Notes: a model not told the origin generated them from the sequence alone. Shown: positions 25,771-39,225, counted from the first letter of the stretch. The stretch: DNA of 64,000 nt from Macrostomum lignano (GCA_002269645.1 NIVC01002202.1:21138-85137); one strand, 5' to 3'. Numbers and translations: made by a program.

Positions 25771-26235
25771 CTGTTTTAATTGCAGTGCTACTAAAATGAT
25801 TGCTTTTAGTAAGCCAAAAATTACCAAAAAATTCATTCTACTAAGGTATTGAATACGCGTACTTCAACAGTATCCAGCATATTTATGCTCAGCATAAATA
25901 AATCCCAAGCATTCTTAGAAAAGAATTAATTTTTCTAATTGGAATTTTTCAATTTTCTGAAGAGATTAGACAGCAGTGAAGGAGCGACTATATATAAGAC
26001 TACAGTTAAATTCTATACTAACTATATGAAAAATAATTGAAAGCTACTCAAAACTGAGCTCTCTGAGTGCGGCTCTCCAACTGGGAGTCGTCAGCGTCAA
26101 AATAGCGGAGGCAAAGCTCAGCTGTCAGTGTTGGCTTTGAGTCTTCTATTGTTGGCTGTGGACTGCGGTGTGCTCACGATTTCTGAGAAATCTATCATCA
26201 TATGGAGGGAAATCATTTCCTTTGGGATTGTTTTG

Positions 26236-27128
26236 GACTGTGCTAAGTGACAGATTGTGCTAGCGACAGTTTACAGACTGCATTAGTGACAGTTTACAGA
26301 CTGCGCTAGTGACAGTTTACAGACTGTGCTAAGTGACAGATTGTGCTAGCGACAGTTTACAGACTGTGCTAGTGACAGATTGTGCTAGTGACAGTTTACA
26401 GACTGCATTAGTGACAGTTTACAGACTGCGCTAGTGACAGTTTACAGACTGTGCTAAGTGACAGATTGTGCTAGCGACAGTTTACAGACTGTGCTAGTGA
26501 CAGATTGTGCTAGCGACAGTTTACAGACTGTGCTAGTGACAGATTGTGCTAGCGACAGTTTACAGACTGCATTAGTGATAGTTTACAGACTGTGCTAGTG
26601 ACAGATTGTGCTAGCGACAGTTTACAGACTGCATTAGTGATAGTTTACAGACTGTGCTAGTGACAGTTTACAGACTGCATTAGTGACAGTTTACAGACTG
26701 TGCTAGCGACAGTTTACAGACTGCATTAGTGACAGTTTACAGACTGCATTAGTGATAGTTTACAGACTGTGCTAGTGACAGTTTACAGACTGCATTAGTG
26801 ATAGTTTACAGACTGTGCTAGTGACAGTTTACAGACTGCATTAGTGACAGTTTACACACTGTGCTAGTGACAGTTTACAGACTGTGCTAGCGACAGTTTA
26901 CAGACTGCATTAGTGACAGTTTACAGACTGCGCTAGCGACAGTTTACAGACTGCATTAGTGACAGTTTACAGACTGTGCTAGCGACAGTTTAGAGACTGC
27001 ATTAGCGACAGTTTACAGACTGCATTAGTGACAGTTTACAGACTGCGCTAGGGACAGTTTACAGACTGCATTCGTGACAGATTACAGACTGTGCTAGTGA
27101 CAGCTTACAGACTGCGCTAGCGACAGTT
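26236..27128 (-). repeat. Inverted 0.9-kb block of the same 23/16-bp satellite
   Basis: TGACAGTTTACAGACTGTGCTAG units are the reverse complement of the 17160-25770 monomer. Confidence 0.97.
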
Positions 27129-27477
27129 GCTTGCAGCACTCGAAGTCAATGAAAGCATGTCATTTATAGACTCAGAAATCAACGAATTCCGACTACTTGT
27201 CTTGTGGGCAGATCCTCAGCTCTCGTGAATGCCTCACTGACTTCTCCTGATTGCAGTCAAGCTTCTTAGCTTTCATGGATTGCTCCTTGAGCCCTGGAGT
27301 CTGTCAAATACCATTTTCCGATCCAGGACAGTCTTAAAAACGTTTTTGAACAGCTATTTGTTGACTTTGTTGGCAGTTTCTCTTTAAAAAAGATTTTTTA
27401 AGACCATTTTTCAATTCGACAAGGAAAATTTTTTAAATCAAAAGCAATTTTTCCTAGAAGTGACGGCATGGCTATTT

Positions 27478-28165
27478 TTTCGGCGTCATTGTAACACCCT
27501 GTTGGCGTCATTGTAACACCCTGTTGGCGTCACTGCAACACCCTGTTGGCATCACTGCAACACCCTGTTGGCGTCATTGTAACACCCTGTTGGCGTCATT
27601 GTAACACCCTGTTGGCGTCATTGTAACACCCTGTTGGCGTCATTGTAATTGTAACACTCTGTCGGCGTCACTGTAACACCCTGTCGGCGTCATTGTAACA
27701 CCCTGTTGGCGTCATTGTAATTGTAACACTCTGTCGGCGTCACTGTAACACCCTGTCGGCGTCATTGTAACACCCTGTTGGCGTCATTGTAACACCCTGT
27801 TGGCGTCACTGCAACACCCTGTCGGCGTCATTGTAACACCCTGTTGGCGTCACTGTAACACCCTGTTGGCGTCACTGTAACACCCTGTCGGCGTCACTGT
27901 AACACCCTGTTGGCGTCATTGTAATTGTAACACCCTGTCGGCATCACTGTAACACCCTGTTGGCGTCATTGTAATTGTAACACCCTGTCGGCGTCATTGT
28001 AACACACCCTGTCGGCGTCATTGTAATTGTAACACCCTGTCGGCGTCACTGTAACACCCTGTTGGCGTCATTGTAATTGTAACACCCTGTCGGCGTCACT
28101 GTAACACCCTGTTGGCGTCATTGTAATTGTAACACCCTGTCGGCGTCACTGTAACACCCTTTTGG
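27478..28165. repeat. 22-bp minisatellite
   Basis: Unit GGCGTCATTGTAACACCCTGTT, with 28-bp variants carrying an extra ATTGTA. Confidence 0.95.
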
Positions 28166-28389
28166 CGCCAATATTATGGCACTGTTTTGGCACCACTGTT
28201 GCACTTTTCTGGGCGCCACTGGTTCCTTATTTTTGCTGCCATCCTACAAGTACATTGTGAGGTTAGGGTTTTGTTTCTTCAGTAGAAACAGTTCCCAGCC
28301 TTTAAATAAGCGGCTGCTCGGCAGCGGTGGCTTCTGGTTGAGCTACAAGTTATATAATAATTGATTTCACCTGCCCCAATTGGGACAGA

Positions 28390-28634
28390 TGTGCAACCGA
28401 CAGCTCAGCCGCAGCTATTGCGCGGCGCATCTGAAGGCTGCGTACGGCCGGTCAGTCCAAGGACTGGGGGGGTCGCCACGCACACCCTCAATTACCCCAG
28501 CTAATGCTGGCACCCATTTTACAGCTGGGTATCTTGCTTAAGGACACAAATTGTTCCGAGTGGGTCGAGAATCGAACCCCCGACCTTTCAGTCGTCAGTG
28601 CGACGCTCTGACCACTACGGTAGGCTGCAACCCC
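28390..28634 (-). mobile_element. tRNA-derived CORE-like SINE, copy 2
   Basis: Minus strand GGGGTTGCAGCC..AGTGGTCAGAGCGTCGCACTGACGACTGAAAGGTCGGGGGTTCGATTCTCGACCCAC..AACAATTTGTGTCCTTAAGCAAG..CCCAGCTGTAAAATGGG...GTGGCGAC. Homologous to 8424-8597. The 3' boundary is uncertain. Confidence 0.75.
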
Positions 28635-29639
28635 AAGTTAATTCCACTGATCTGGCGGTTGAAGTCGCTGCATGCGCCAGCTGATCCCGTCATTAGTTAT
28701 TAATGAGCTGATGCAGCCCTCCTGTCTCTCTATTCCGGAATCCAACACACTGAGGTGGGGCAGCTGGTACCCTTCCTGATCTCCCTCACTTCCCCCCCCC
28801 CTCTGCGTCTCTCCACCACCCCCCCCCCAGCATCTCAAGGGGCAGCTCCACCGGCGGCGAGCCACTCGAGCACGGAGTCCGCATCAATATTCGGCGTCTC
28901 AACTCAGTCCCCACCTGATCCCTTCGCTAGGCCGCGCGATCTTCCATCCGATGAGGTCCCGAGGCCTCAAACCCTTGCGTCTGTCGCTTCGCACCGATGG
29001 CGTTTAAGAGGCGCAAAGTGCTTGAAGTTTTTTTCCTGCACCAAACAGCTTCTCCTCCTTTGCATGTTCGAGCTTCGAACTTTTGAGAACTTTTTTCTCA
29101 TCTCTCGTTTTCGTTTCGGTGCGGCGACTCAAATTCTCGAACGATTTGCTCAAAACTTTCTTGGGTTTTTAACAAACTCGTCTCGAAGCTGCATCAGCTC
29201 CCCTGGACACTGTACTCGCAAATAATCGTTTGTCGCTAACTCAACGGAAAGTTTTCTCCGTTTGTTTCTCAAGGACTACTCAAGTTTAGGGGGCCGGTTT
29301 TTTTTCAGATAAATACACTACGGAGATAGGAAGTTTTCATTTTTTCAGCACAAAATAATTGTGTTATTTCTTTCAATCGGAGGCAGACCCAATGTTCATC
29401 TTCTGATATTTTGTGCCTTTCTTATAGCTCTATTGATATTCATAAAGCTTTTCGTTCAGAAAATTAGAGTTCTTTGTTAATTTTTTTTTCTACGAGTACG
29501 TAACATTGTACATTTCCTGTGCCTAAAACCATTAAAAATGTCACGGCTCGGCTCATTAGTTTTATGAATCTATTTTTAATTCTTAGCTGACTTTGTGACA
29601 ATGCGTGTAGCAGAGATGAAAAAGAAAATTGATTCAAAA

Positions 29640-31046
29640 TACTGACAATCAAATGTCACTGATAATCAATTGCCACTGACAGTCAAATTTCACTGATTGT
29701 CAAATATCACTGACAGTCAAATGTCACTGTTGTTAAATGTCACTGACAGTCAAATGTCACTGGCAGTCAAATGTCACTGTTGTTAAATGGCACTGACAGT
29801 CAAATGTCACTGGCAGTCAAGTGTCACTGATTGTCAAATGTCACTGATTGTTAAATGTCACTGACAGTTAAATGTCACTGGCAGTCAGATGTCACTGATT
29901 GTCAAATGTCACTGACAGTCAAATGTCACTGACAGTCAAATGTCACTGATTGTAAAATGTCACTGACAGTCAAATGTCACTGACAGTCAAATGTCACTGA
30001 TTGTCAAATGTCACTGATAGTCAAATGTCACTGACAGTCAAATGTCACTGATTGTCAAATGTCACTGATTGTCAAATATCACTGATTGTCAAATATCACT
30101 GATTGTCAAATCTCACTGTTGTTAAATGTCACTGACAGTCAAATGTCACTGGCAGTCAAGTGTCACTGATTGTCAAATGTCACTGATTTTCAAATGTCAC
30201 TGATTGTCAAATATCACTGACAGTCAAATGTCACTGTTGTTAAATGTCACTGACAGTCAAATGTCACTAGCAGTTAAATGTCACTGTTGTTAAATGTCAC
30301 TGACAGTCAAATGTCACTGGCAGTCAAGTGTCACTGATTGTCAAATGTCACTGATTGTTAAATGTCACTGACAGTTAAATGTCACTGGCAGTCAAGTGTC
30401 ACTGATTGTCAAATGTCACTGATTGTCAAATATCACTAATTGTCAAATGTCACTGATTTTCAAATGTCACTGACAGTTAAATGTCACTGGCAGTCAAGTG
30501 TCACTGATTTTCAAATGTCACTGACAGTCAAATGTCACTGACAGTCAAATTTCACTGACAGTCAAATGTCTTTGACAGTCAAATGTCACTGGCAGTCAAA
30601 TGTCACTGATCGTCAAATGTCACTGATCGTCAAATGTCACTGATAGTCAAATGTTACTGATAGTCAAATGTCACTGATAGTCAAATGTCACTGACAGTCA
30701 AATGTCACTGATAGTCAAATGTTACTGATAGTCAAATGTCACTGATAGTCAAATGTCACTGACAGTCAAATGTCACTGATAGTCAAATGTTACTGATAAT
30801 CAAATGTCACTGATAGTCAAATGTCACTGATAGTCAAATGTCACTGATAGTCAAATGTCACTGATAGTCAAATGTCACTGATAGTCAAATGTCACTGATA
30901 GTCAAATGTCACTGATAGTCAAATGTCACTGATAGTCAAATGTAACCGACAGTCAAAAATCACTGATAGTCAAATATCACTGATTGTCAAATGTCACTGA
31001 CAGTCAAATGTCACTGGCAGTCAAATGTCACTGACAGTAAAATGTC
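29640..31046. repeat. 17-bp minisatellite, 1.4 kb
   Basis: Unit ACTGACAGTCAAATGTC, with TGATTG, TGATAG and TGGCAG variants. Confidence 0.97.
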
Positions 31047-31960
31047 GTAGGCCCATTTGCGAGTGCAACATCTTTCTACTTCAGTTCTTCATGCTTGTAA
31101 GAATTTAATTCAGCGCCATTTCCAGCTGAATTTTTTGGGACTCCAGGCTCATTCTGCGCCAAAACCGACTATCATCAATTCCTAATTTCATTACCGTCCC
31201 ACCATCTGCTGGCTGTCTGCGCTAAATCCCACTGCAAATCTGTCTTCCCATTTCTATGGCGATCCTTCCCCTCTTTTTCAGCGTCCTCGACCGGCTCCAT
31301 CATAGCTAATTTCAAGTGCCAAAACCAAATATAGAGATCTGAGGGGGTGGGGGGTGTAGAAGAGCCACGGGCTGAGGGTCCCGTGGGACAATGTGTGCTC
31401 AACGCTACCTCACCTCCCCGAGGATTCTCCCCCCCTTTTCACTCATCGACTCGAGTGAGGCGAAACAGAAGCGGAGTTAAGCAGGCAGCCACAGACCGAC
31501 TCGAGCTCGGGCGGCAGTCTTCAACTGATGCAAAATTAATTGCGGCTTCTCGAATAATTTTGTTTTAGCGGCCGGCCAGTGAAGAGAGCTGGGCGGCACG
31601 GGCAGGTGAGGATCCGGTTGCCACGGGCGGGGCATCATCTGCTCGAATCCATTTGTCGATTTTTCCATTTCTGCTACGGCAACCCTTCGGTTGATTGGCG
31701 CGTCGAGAGCGCCAGCTGAAGCACACCGGGGGGCACAAAGCGATTTCCTGATCCCAGCTCTGTCCGACTGTCCTTCATGGATAATTCAGCCGCAGCCGCC
31801 TCAAAGCCGAGTAAAGGGGGGGGGAGGGTTGGTAGAGCGGCTTTCCGCTGTTACAGGCCCGATCGCAATTCCAACACAGCGGCTCCACCGCACCGCTTGT
31901 CTTGATTCGATCAGGCGTACCGACTCTCCCGCCTTCCTGCCTGTCCTTGTGTGTCCCCGC

Positions 31961-31994
<34 letters not shown>

Positions 31995-32584
31995 GGTTTC
32001 CCTGTTTAGCACACGTCTAATATTCATTTGTTCTCCCTGTATGCCCTCCGCGGGTCTCTCTCTCTCTCTTATTTATTCGCTGCAGAAGCGGCTGCGACCC
32101 AAACTTGATCCTTCAATCTATCAGGGGGGGGGGGCTCGAAGCGCTGGAGCGTCACTCGATCTGGTGCGCATGCGACCGAATATGATGGAGGCAAACACGG
32201 GCCCCAGCGCACAAGCCATGTTGCTTGGCTATCATTATATTTTGCTTTCTGTCCCATTCGTCTTTTTGCTCAGCCGGCCACACCCCAGCGGCTCCCGCCT
32301 CGTCAGGGCCGAAAGGCTGCGGATCTCCCCGCTGTGCCCCCAGAGTGTCGCTCGCTTGAGCGCTTTGCCCGCCTGAGTAACTGCTGTGTAGCCATTTGTC
32401 GAGTAGATGAACACACCAACTTTCACGGTTGGGAGCTGTGCGTACTTTCTGCCAAGATGTCTCATTCACTGATTTCTATGTGTCTGCTTCTAGTTCAAGT
32501 TCTGCTTTTACTTCTGCTTCGCAGGTGCGAATTTGAGCACGCATTCCATCTTAAATTCGAGAGCAAATGCTACTGCAGCTAGAA

Positions 32585-32925
<341 letters not shown>

Positions 32926-33609
32926 ACTGCAACTAGAGTCGTACGAGTATCATGACAGATCTGTAACTTCTTTGCTAAAACGGAAGCATTTAGTTATTGA
33001 TTTTGTTGAACCTTGCGCTTATTTACACCGGGTTCGCCTCTCTCTCACACACACACACACACATACACACACACACACCTGTTGCATCCATCAGTTGGAA
33101 GTCAACTCCCACGTCAAAAGATTCCTGCCAAAGCCAGACTTGTCCAGGGCATCCGCCTTGGTGTTGCTGCACCGGTGCACTTCCTTTCCGCTGGCTGGAG
33201 AGGGGGTCTGGAGGCAGCTGGAGGACTTGCAGAAGAACCAGCCTGCAGGTACTGCCTCTCCATCTCTGCCCCGATGTCATTGTCTCCGCGCTCCATTCAG
33301 CCTCTACGTGCAACTGCAGAGGTTCTCACCTGAGCTCTTCATCTCCTGCAATTCTGCGTGAATTTCTCCAGTCTCTGGCGAGCTTCCATCTGCACGAGCC
33401 TGTCTTTGGGTTCAACACTGACTTGCTTGAATTTGCACTTATAATAAATTTATCGAATTCAGCTTATCTGCGATCCCCCATCGTTTTAGGTTGAAGCAAT
33501 GCATTGTTAAAATTCTTATTTGAAATTTGCTTTTAAAATAATTTATTTATTGATCCGGTAGGCTTGCGGCGAAGCTAATGTCTCCTCTAGGCGTAAGCTA
33601 AAATTGGGT

Positions 33610-33795
<186 letters not shown>

Positions 33796-33860
33796 TTTCA
33801 AAAGCCAGAGTCAAAGCAAAGCAAGGTCCTCAGTCGCAGTCCAGGAGTTATCCCGAGGTC

Positions 33861-34589
33861 CTAGACGCTGGTCTCCTGGGGTCTGAGCTCGTCGATCTCG
33901 TCAGCCGGCTTCGAAGCGGCGACGCAGTCGCAGCCTCCGTCAGGCAGCTCAGCCGTGGCGGGCGCGGCGCCTCTCTGCTTGGAGTCGATGAGGCGCGCAG
34001 TCTCCGTGAGCGAGGGCGGCAGCTTCGGCTTGGCCTCGCCGCAGAGCTCCTTCTTGAAGTGCTGATCGTTGAAGAAGTAGATGAACACGTTCACGATGGA
34101 GTCGGTGACCGACAGGATGTACGTAACCTGGAATATCCTGATGGCGACGCTCCTGGACACTTTGGTGTACACTTTGAACACGAAGAAGACGATGGCCCGG
34201 GGACCTTCGAGCAGAGCGAAAGTCAGGGAGAAGATGAACACCATGCGGGTGATCTTCTTGTTGCGCTCCGAGCTGTTCACCATGCTGTTCGAGCGCAGCG
34301 ACACCACCAGCAGGACCGACGAGGTGATGATCACCACCAGAGGGATGGTCTGGCTGAGCAGCGTCCAGAACATGTTGACGGTGTCGCGGTTCCTCGACTT
34401 GCTCAGCATCACGTGCAGCAGCAGAATTCCGCGGCGCTGCCAGCCGGTCGTGTTGCAGGCGTTGAACTCCAGGCTGAGGAAGTTGCGCGTGTTGATGAGG
34501 TAGGACCGGGCCAGACTCAGCGACACCACCAGGACCAGCTTCAGCGCGAAGATCAGCGATATGCGGCGAAGGCTATACATCTGGCTCAC
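33861..34589 (-). CDS. Orphan rhodopsin-class (peptide-receptor-like) GPCR, coding exon 2 (TM4-TM7 and tail); join 35263-34760, 34589-33861, ~410 aa
   Basis: cccgcag|GTGAGC acceptor. Hydrophobic helices LIFALKLVLVVSLSLA, FWTLLSQTIPLVVIITSSVLLVV, ITRMVFIFSLTFALLEGP, ILSVTDSIVNVFIYFF, then KKELC (helix 8/Cys). Confidence 0.88.
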   Translation of the reverse strand: MSQMYSLRRISLIFALKLVLVVSLSLARSYLINTRNFLSLEFNACNTTGWQRRGILLLHVMLSKSRNRDTVNMFWTLLSQTIPLVVIITSSVLLVVSLRSNSMVNSSERNKKITRMVFIFSLTFALLEGPRAIVFFVFKVYTKVSRSVAIRIFQVTYILSVTDSIVNVFIYFFNDQHFKKELCGEAKPKLPPSLTETARLIDSKQRGAAPATAELPDGGCDCVAASKPADEIDELRPQETSV

Positions 34590-34759
34590 CTGCGGGAGGG
34601 ACGGTGCGTGGTCAATTTGATTGAAACTTGCCTACTGTTATGAGGTTTGTGTTATGAGGTATGTTCATTTGCGGTTTGTGTACGAAAATTTACGAGAGCC
34701 GGTGGTCAACTCGCAACTGCCCGCAATCGCCTCCTGCCAATATTTATTGCTGCTTTTAC

Positions 34760-35263
34760 CTGCACATTCGTCCGACGAGTTGCCACGTAGCAGCGCAGCA
34801 GGGCGGTGATGGCCACCCAGCAGTTGCGGCTGAACTGCGACACCACGGACAGGTAGGCGAACAGAGTCAACAGGTTGTACACCAGGGTGGTCAGGCCGGA
34901 GCTCTCCGTCGGCATGTACAGCGAGTAGGCGAACAGCAGGGACTCGTTGGCGTCAAGCTGGGCATTGAGCCCGGCCCAGTGGTACAGGCCCTTCACGGAG
35001 ACGGTCATGATGGTGTACGTCACGGCGCTGGTCAGGCAGAAGGACACCTCGCACACGGACAGGAACACCAGGAACAGGTGGAAGCTGTTCCTGCTGCCGG
35101 ACTTGTTGAACACCCGGACGAAGACCACCAGGGACAGGATGTTGAGCACCAAGCCGAGGCAGGACACCGCTATGGTCAGCGAGTTGAAGACAGTCTCGCC
35201 GAAGTCCTTCGTCCTAGCGAAGTACTCGGTCTCGTTGAGGGCGGCGCATTCGCCTTGCAGCAT
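34760..35263 (-). CDS. Orphan rhodopsin-class GPCR, coding exon 1 (N-terminus, TM1-TM3)
   Basis: ATG at 35263 (MLQGECAALNETEYF...) preceded by a ctcctctcag acceptor. TM1 LTIAVSCLGLVLNILSLVVF (GxxxN), TM2 FHLFLVFLSVCE, TM3 ending WVAITALLRCYVA. Donor CAG|GTAAAA; 504 nt, phase 0. Confidence 0.88.
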
Positions 35264-35584
35264 GGCGGAGCTGGCGGGCAGTTGCTGGGGCTGAGAGGAG
35301 CGGCGGCAGCGGCGCCGAGGTCGAACAGCGGCGGAAATAAAGAAGCCAGTCTTGACGACCTGGGCGGAGGGGCTGCGGCAGCTGCATCGGCACTGGTTGC
35401 ACCGGCTTGGGCCAATCCAGGGCGCTCCAGTATCGATTTGAGGTATTGTACGAGCGCGGAAAAAAATAGGTCGCTTTCGTTTCTTAGAAACATTTTGATG
35501 TGACTCACCTGTCGCTTCTTCTTGCAATGCGTTAAAAATTTTATTATTTTATGAACGAAAATTCAAATTATAGAGGGTAATCAG

Positions 35585-38243
35585 AATCGCCCCATCAGAT
35601 AGTGAGAATCGCCCCATCAGATAATGAGAATCGCCCCCATCAGATAATGAGAATCGCCCCATCAGATAATGAGAATCGACCCATCAGATAATGAGAATCG
35701 CCCCCTCAGATAATGAGAATCGCTCCATCAGATGATGAGAATCGCTCCATCAGATGATGAGAATCGCCCGATCAAATAACGAGAATCGCCCCATCAGATA
35801 ATGAGAATCGCCCCATCAGATGATGAGAATCGCCCCATCAGATGATGAGAATGGCCCCATCAGATAACGGGAATCGCCCCATCAGATAATGAGAATCGCC
35901 CTATCAGATGATGAGAATCGCCCTATCAGATACTAAGAATCGCCCCATCAGCTGATGAGAATGGCCCCATCAGATAATGAGAATCGCCCCATCAGATGAT
36001 GAGAATCGCCCCATCAGATGATGAGAATCGCCCTATCAGATACTAAGAATCGCCCCATCAGCTGATGAGAATGGCCCCATCAGATAATGAGAATCGCCCC
36101 ATCAGATGATGAGAATGGCCCCATCAGATAATGAGAATGGCCCCATCAGATAACGAGAATCGCCCCATCAGATAATGAGAATGCCCCATCAGATAATGAG
36201 AATGGCCCCATCAGATAATGAGAATCGCCCCATCAGATAATGAGAATCACCCCATCAGATAATGAGAATCGCCCCATCAGATAATGAGAACCGCCCGATC
36301 AGATAACGAGAATCGCCCCATCAGATAATGAGAATCGCCCCATCAGATGATGAGAATGGCCCCATCAGATAATGAGAATCGCCCCATCAGATAACGAGAA
36401 TCGCCCCATCAGATAATGAGAATCGCCCCATCAGATGATGAGAATCGCCCTATCAGATACTAAGAATCGCCCCATCAGATAATGAGAATCGCCCATTCAG
36501 ATGATGAGAATCGCCCCATCAGATAATGAGAATCGCCCCATCAGATAATGAGAATCGCCCCATCAGATAACGAGAATCGCCCCATCAGATGATGAGAATC
36601 GCCCGATCAGATAACGAGAATCGCCCCATCAGATAATGAGAATCGCCCCATCAGATAATGAGAATCGCCCATTCAGATACTAAGAATCGCCCCATCAGAT
36701 AATGAGAATCGCCCATTCAGATGATGAGAATCGCCCTATCAGATACTAAGAATCGCCCCATCAGATGATGAGAATCGCCCGATCAAATAACGAGAATCGC
36801 CCCATCAGATAATGAGAATCGCCCCATCAGATGATGAGAATCGCCCTATCAGATACTAAGAATCGCCCCATCAGCTGATGAGAATGGCCCCATCAGATAA
36901 TGAGAATGGCCCCATCAGATAATGAGAATCGCCCCATCAGATGATGAGAATCGCCCCATCAGATAGTGAGAATCGCCCCATCAGATGATGAGAATCGCCC
37001 CATCAGATAATGAGAATCGCCCCATCAGATGATGAGAATCGCCCTATCAGATACTAAGAATCGCCCCATCAGCTGATGAGAATCGCCCCATCAGATAATG
37101 AGAATCGCCCATTCAGATGATGAGAATCGCCCCATCAGATAGTGAGAATCGCCCCATCAGATGATGAGAATAGCCCTAGCAGATCATGAGAATCGCCCCC
37201 ATCGGGTAATGAGAATCGCCCCCATCGGGTAATGAGAATTGCCCTAGCAGATAATGAGAATCGCCCCCATCAGATAATGAGAATCGCCCCATCAGATAAT
37301 GAAAATCGCCCCATCAGATAATGAGAATCGCCCCATCAGATAATGAGAATCGCCCTATCAGATACTAAGAATCGCCCCATCAGATGATGAGAATCGCCCC
37401 ATCAGATAATGAGAATCGCCCATTCAGATGATGAGAATCGCCCCATCAGATAGTGAGAATCGCCCCATCAGATGATGAGAATCGCCCCATCAGATAATGA
37501 AAATCGCCCCATCAGATGATGAGAATCGCCCTATCAGATACTAAGAATCGCCCCATCAGCTGATGAGAATCGCCCCATCAGATAATGAGAATCGCCCATT
37601 CAGATGATGAGAATCGCCCCATCAGATAATGAGAATCGCCCCATCAGATGATGAGAATCGCCCTAGCAGATCATGAGAATCGCCCCCATCGGGTAATGAG
37701 AATCGCCCCCATCGGGTAATGAGAATTGCCCCATCAGATAATGAGAATCGCCCCCATCAGATAATGAGAATCGCCCCATCAGATAATGAGAATGGCCCCA
37801 TCAGATAATGAGAATCGCCCCATCAGATAATGAGAATCGCCCCATCAGATAATGAGAATCGCCCCATCAGATAATGAGAATCGCCCATTCAGATGATGAG
37901 AATCGCCCCATCAGATAATGAGAATCGCCCCATCAGATGATGAGAATCGCCCTAGCAGATCATGAGAATCGCCCCCATCGGGTAATGAGAATCGCCCCCA
38001 TCGGGTAATGAGAATTGCCCCATCAGATAATGAGAATCGCCCCCATCAGATAATGAGAATCGCCCCATCAGATAATGAGAATGGCCCCATCAGATAATGA
38101 GAATCGCCCATTCAGATAATGAGAATCGCCCATTCAGATAATGAGAATCGCCCATTCAGATAATGAGAATCGCCCCATCAGATAGTGAGAATCGCCCATT
38201 CAGATAATGAGAATCGCCCCATCAGATAATGAGAATCGCCCCA
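35585..38243. repeat. 22-bp minisatellite, 2.7 kb
   Basis: Unit GAGAATCGCCCCATCAGATAAT. Confidence 0.98.
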
Positions 38244-38767
38244 GACAGTGTTAGAGCTACATCAGGAAATCTGCATCACTTTAAAAAATTAACTAATTGC
38301 ACAAAAAAGCAGATTTGTTTCCCCAGCCGGGCAGCATCCCCTGCAAGCATACCCATTTAGCAAGCAGCAGCTCAAATCCCACACGCTACGCAACTTCCTG
38401 AGTTGTTCATCACTAATGCGAGCTTTCTATTTCAATATTCCAGCTCATTACGGGATTCCGTTCTCACTGCGGTGCCCATGACTTTCCCAGCCTCCCATGT
38501 ACTTTGCAAGATTCTCCCCATCGCCATCTGCTTTCTCTCGAACTTTTTCGCATTACGAGGATGGGGGGCGCTGGGAGATTTTGAGATAGTGACAGTGGCG
38601 GATTTCACGCCGCCGCCTTGAGGATTGAATTTGGTTTTATAATAATCCCCTTCATCTCTTGAGGCTCGAAATCTCCATTGCGAGATGAGGGACACTGGGG
38701 AGTTCACGACTAAAATAATTTCACCAATTTTCTATGTCTGCAGTGGGATGAATAATAGCTCACACTG

Positions 38768-39225
38768 ACTCATAGTGACTCATAGTGACTCATAGTGACT
38801 CAGAGTGACTCGTAGTGACTCGTAGTGACTCATAGTAACTCATAGTGACTCATAGTAACTCATAGTAACTCATAGTAACTCATAGCGACTTATAGTGACT
38901 CATAGTGACTCATAGTGACTCATAGTGACTCATAGTGACTCATAGTGACTCATAGTGACTCATAGTGACTCATAGTGACTCATAGTGACTCATAGTGACT
39001 CAGAGTGACTCATAGTGACTCATAGTAACTCATAGTGACTCATAGTGACTCATAGCGACTCATAGTGACTCATAGTGACTCATAGCGACTCAAAGTGACT
39101 CATAGTGACTCATAGTGACTCATAGTGACTCGCAGTAGCTCATAGTGACTCAGTGACTCATAGTAACTCATAGTGACTCATAGTGACTCATAGTGATTCA
39201 TAGTGACTCAATGCGACTCATTTTG
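38768..39225. repeat. 10-bp minisatellite
   Basis: Unit CATAGTGACT. Confidence 0.97.

Noticed and set aside
17160-27128. CRISPR array, or repeat-protein ORFs (LVTDCASDSLQTV)
   Set aside because: The repeats are contiguous with no unique spacers and no cas genes, in eukaryotic DNA. The ORFs are translations of the 39-bp dimer.
26118-27300. Exon-like islands on the minus strand (26182-26118, 27300-27193; also the donor at ~14870)
   Set aside because: They have plausible acceptors and short open frames, but no recognisable homology and no consistent exon chain. They cannot be supported without RNA data.
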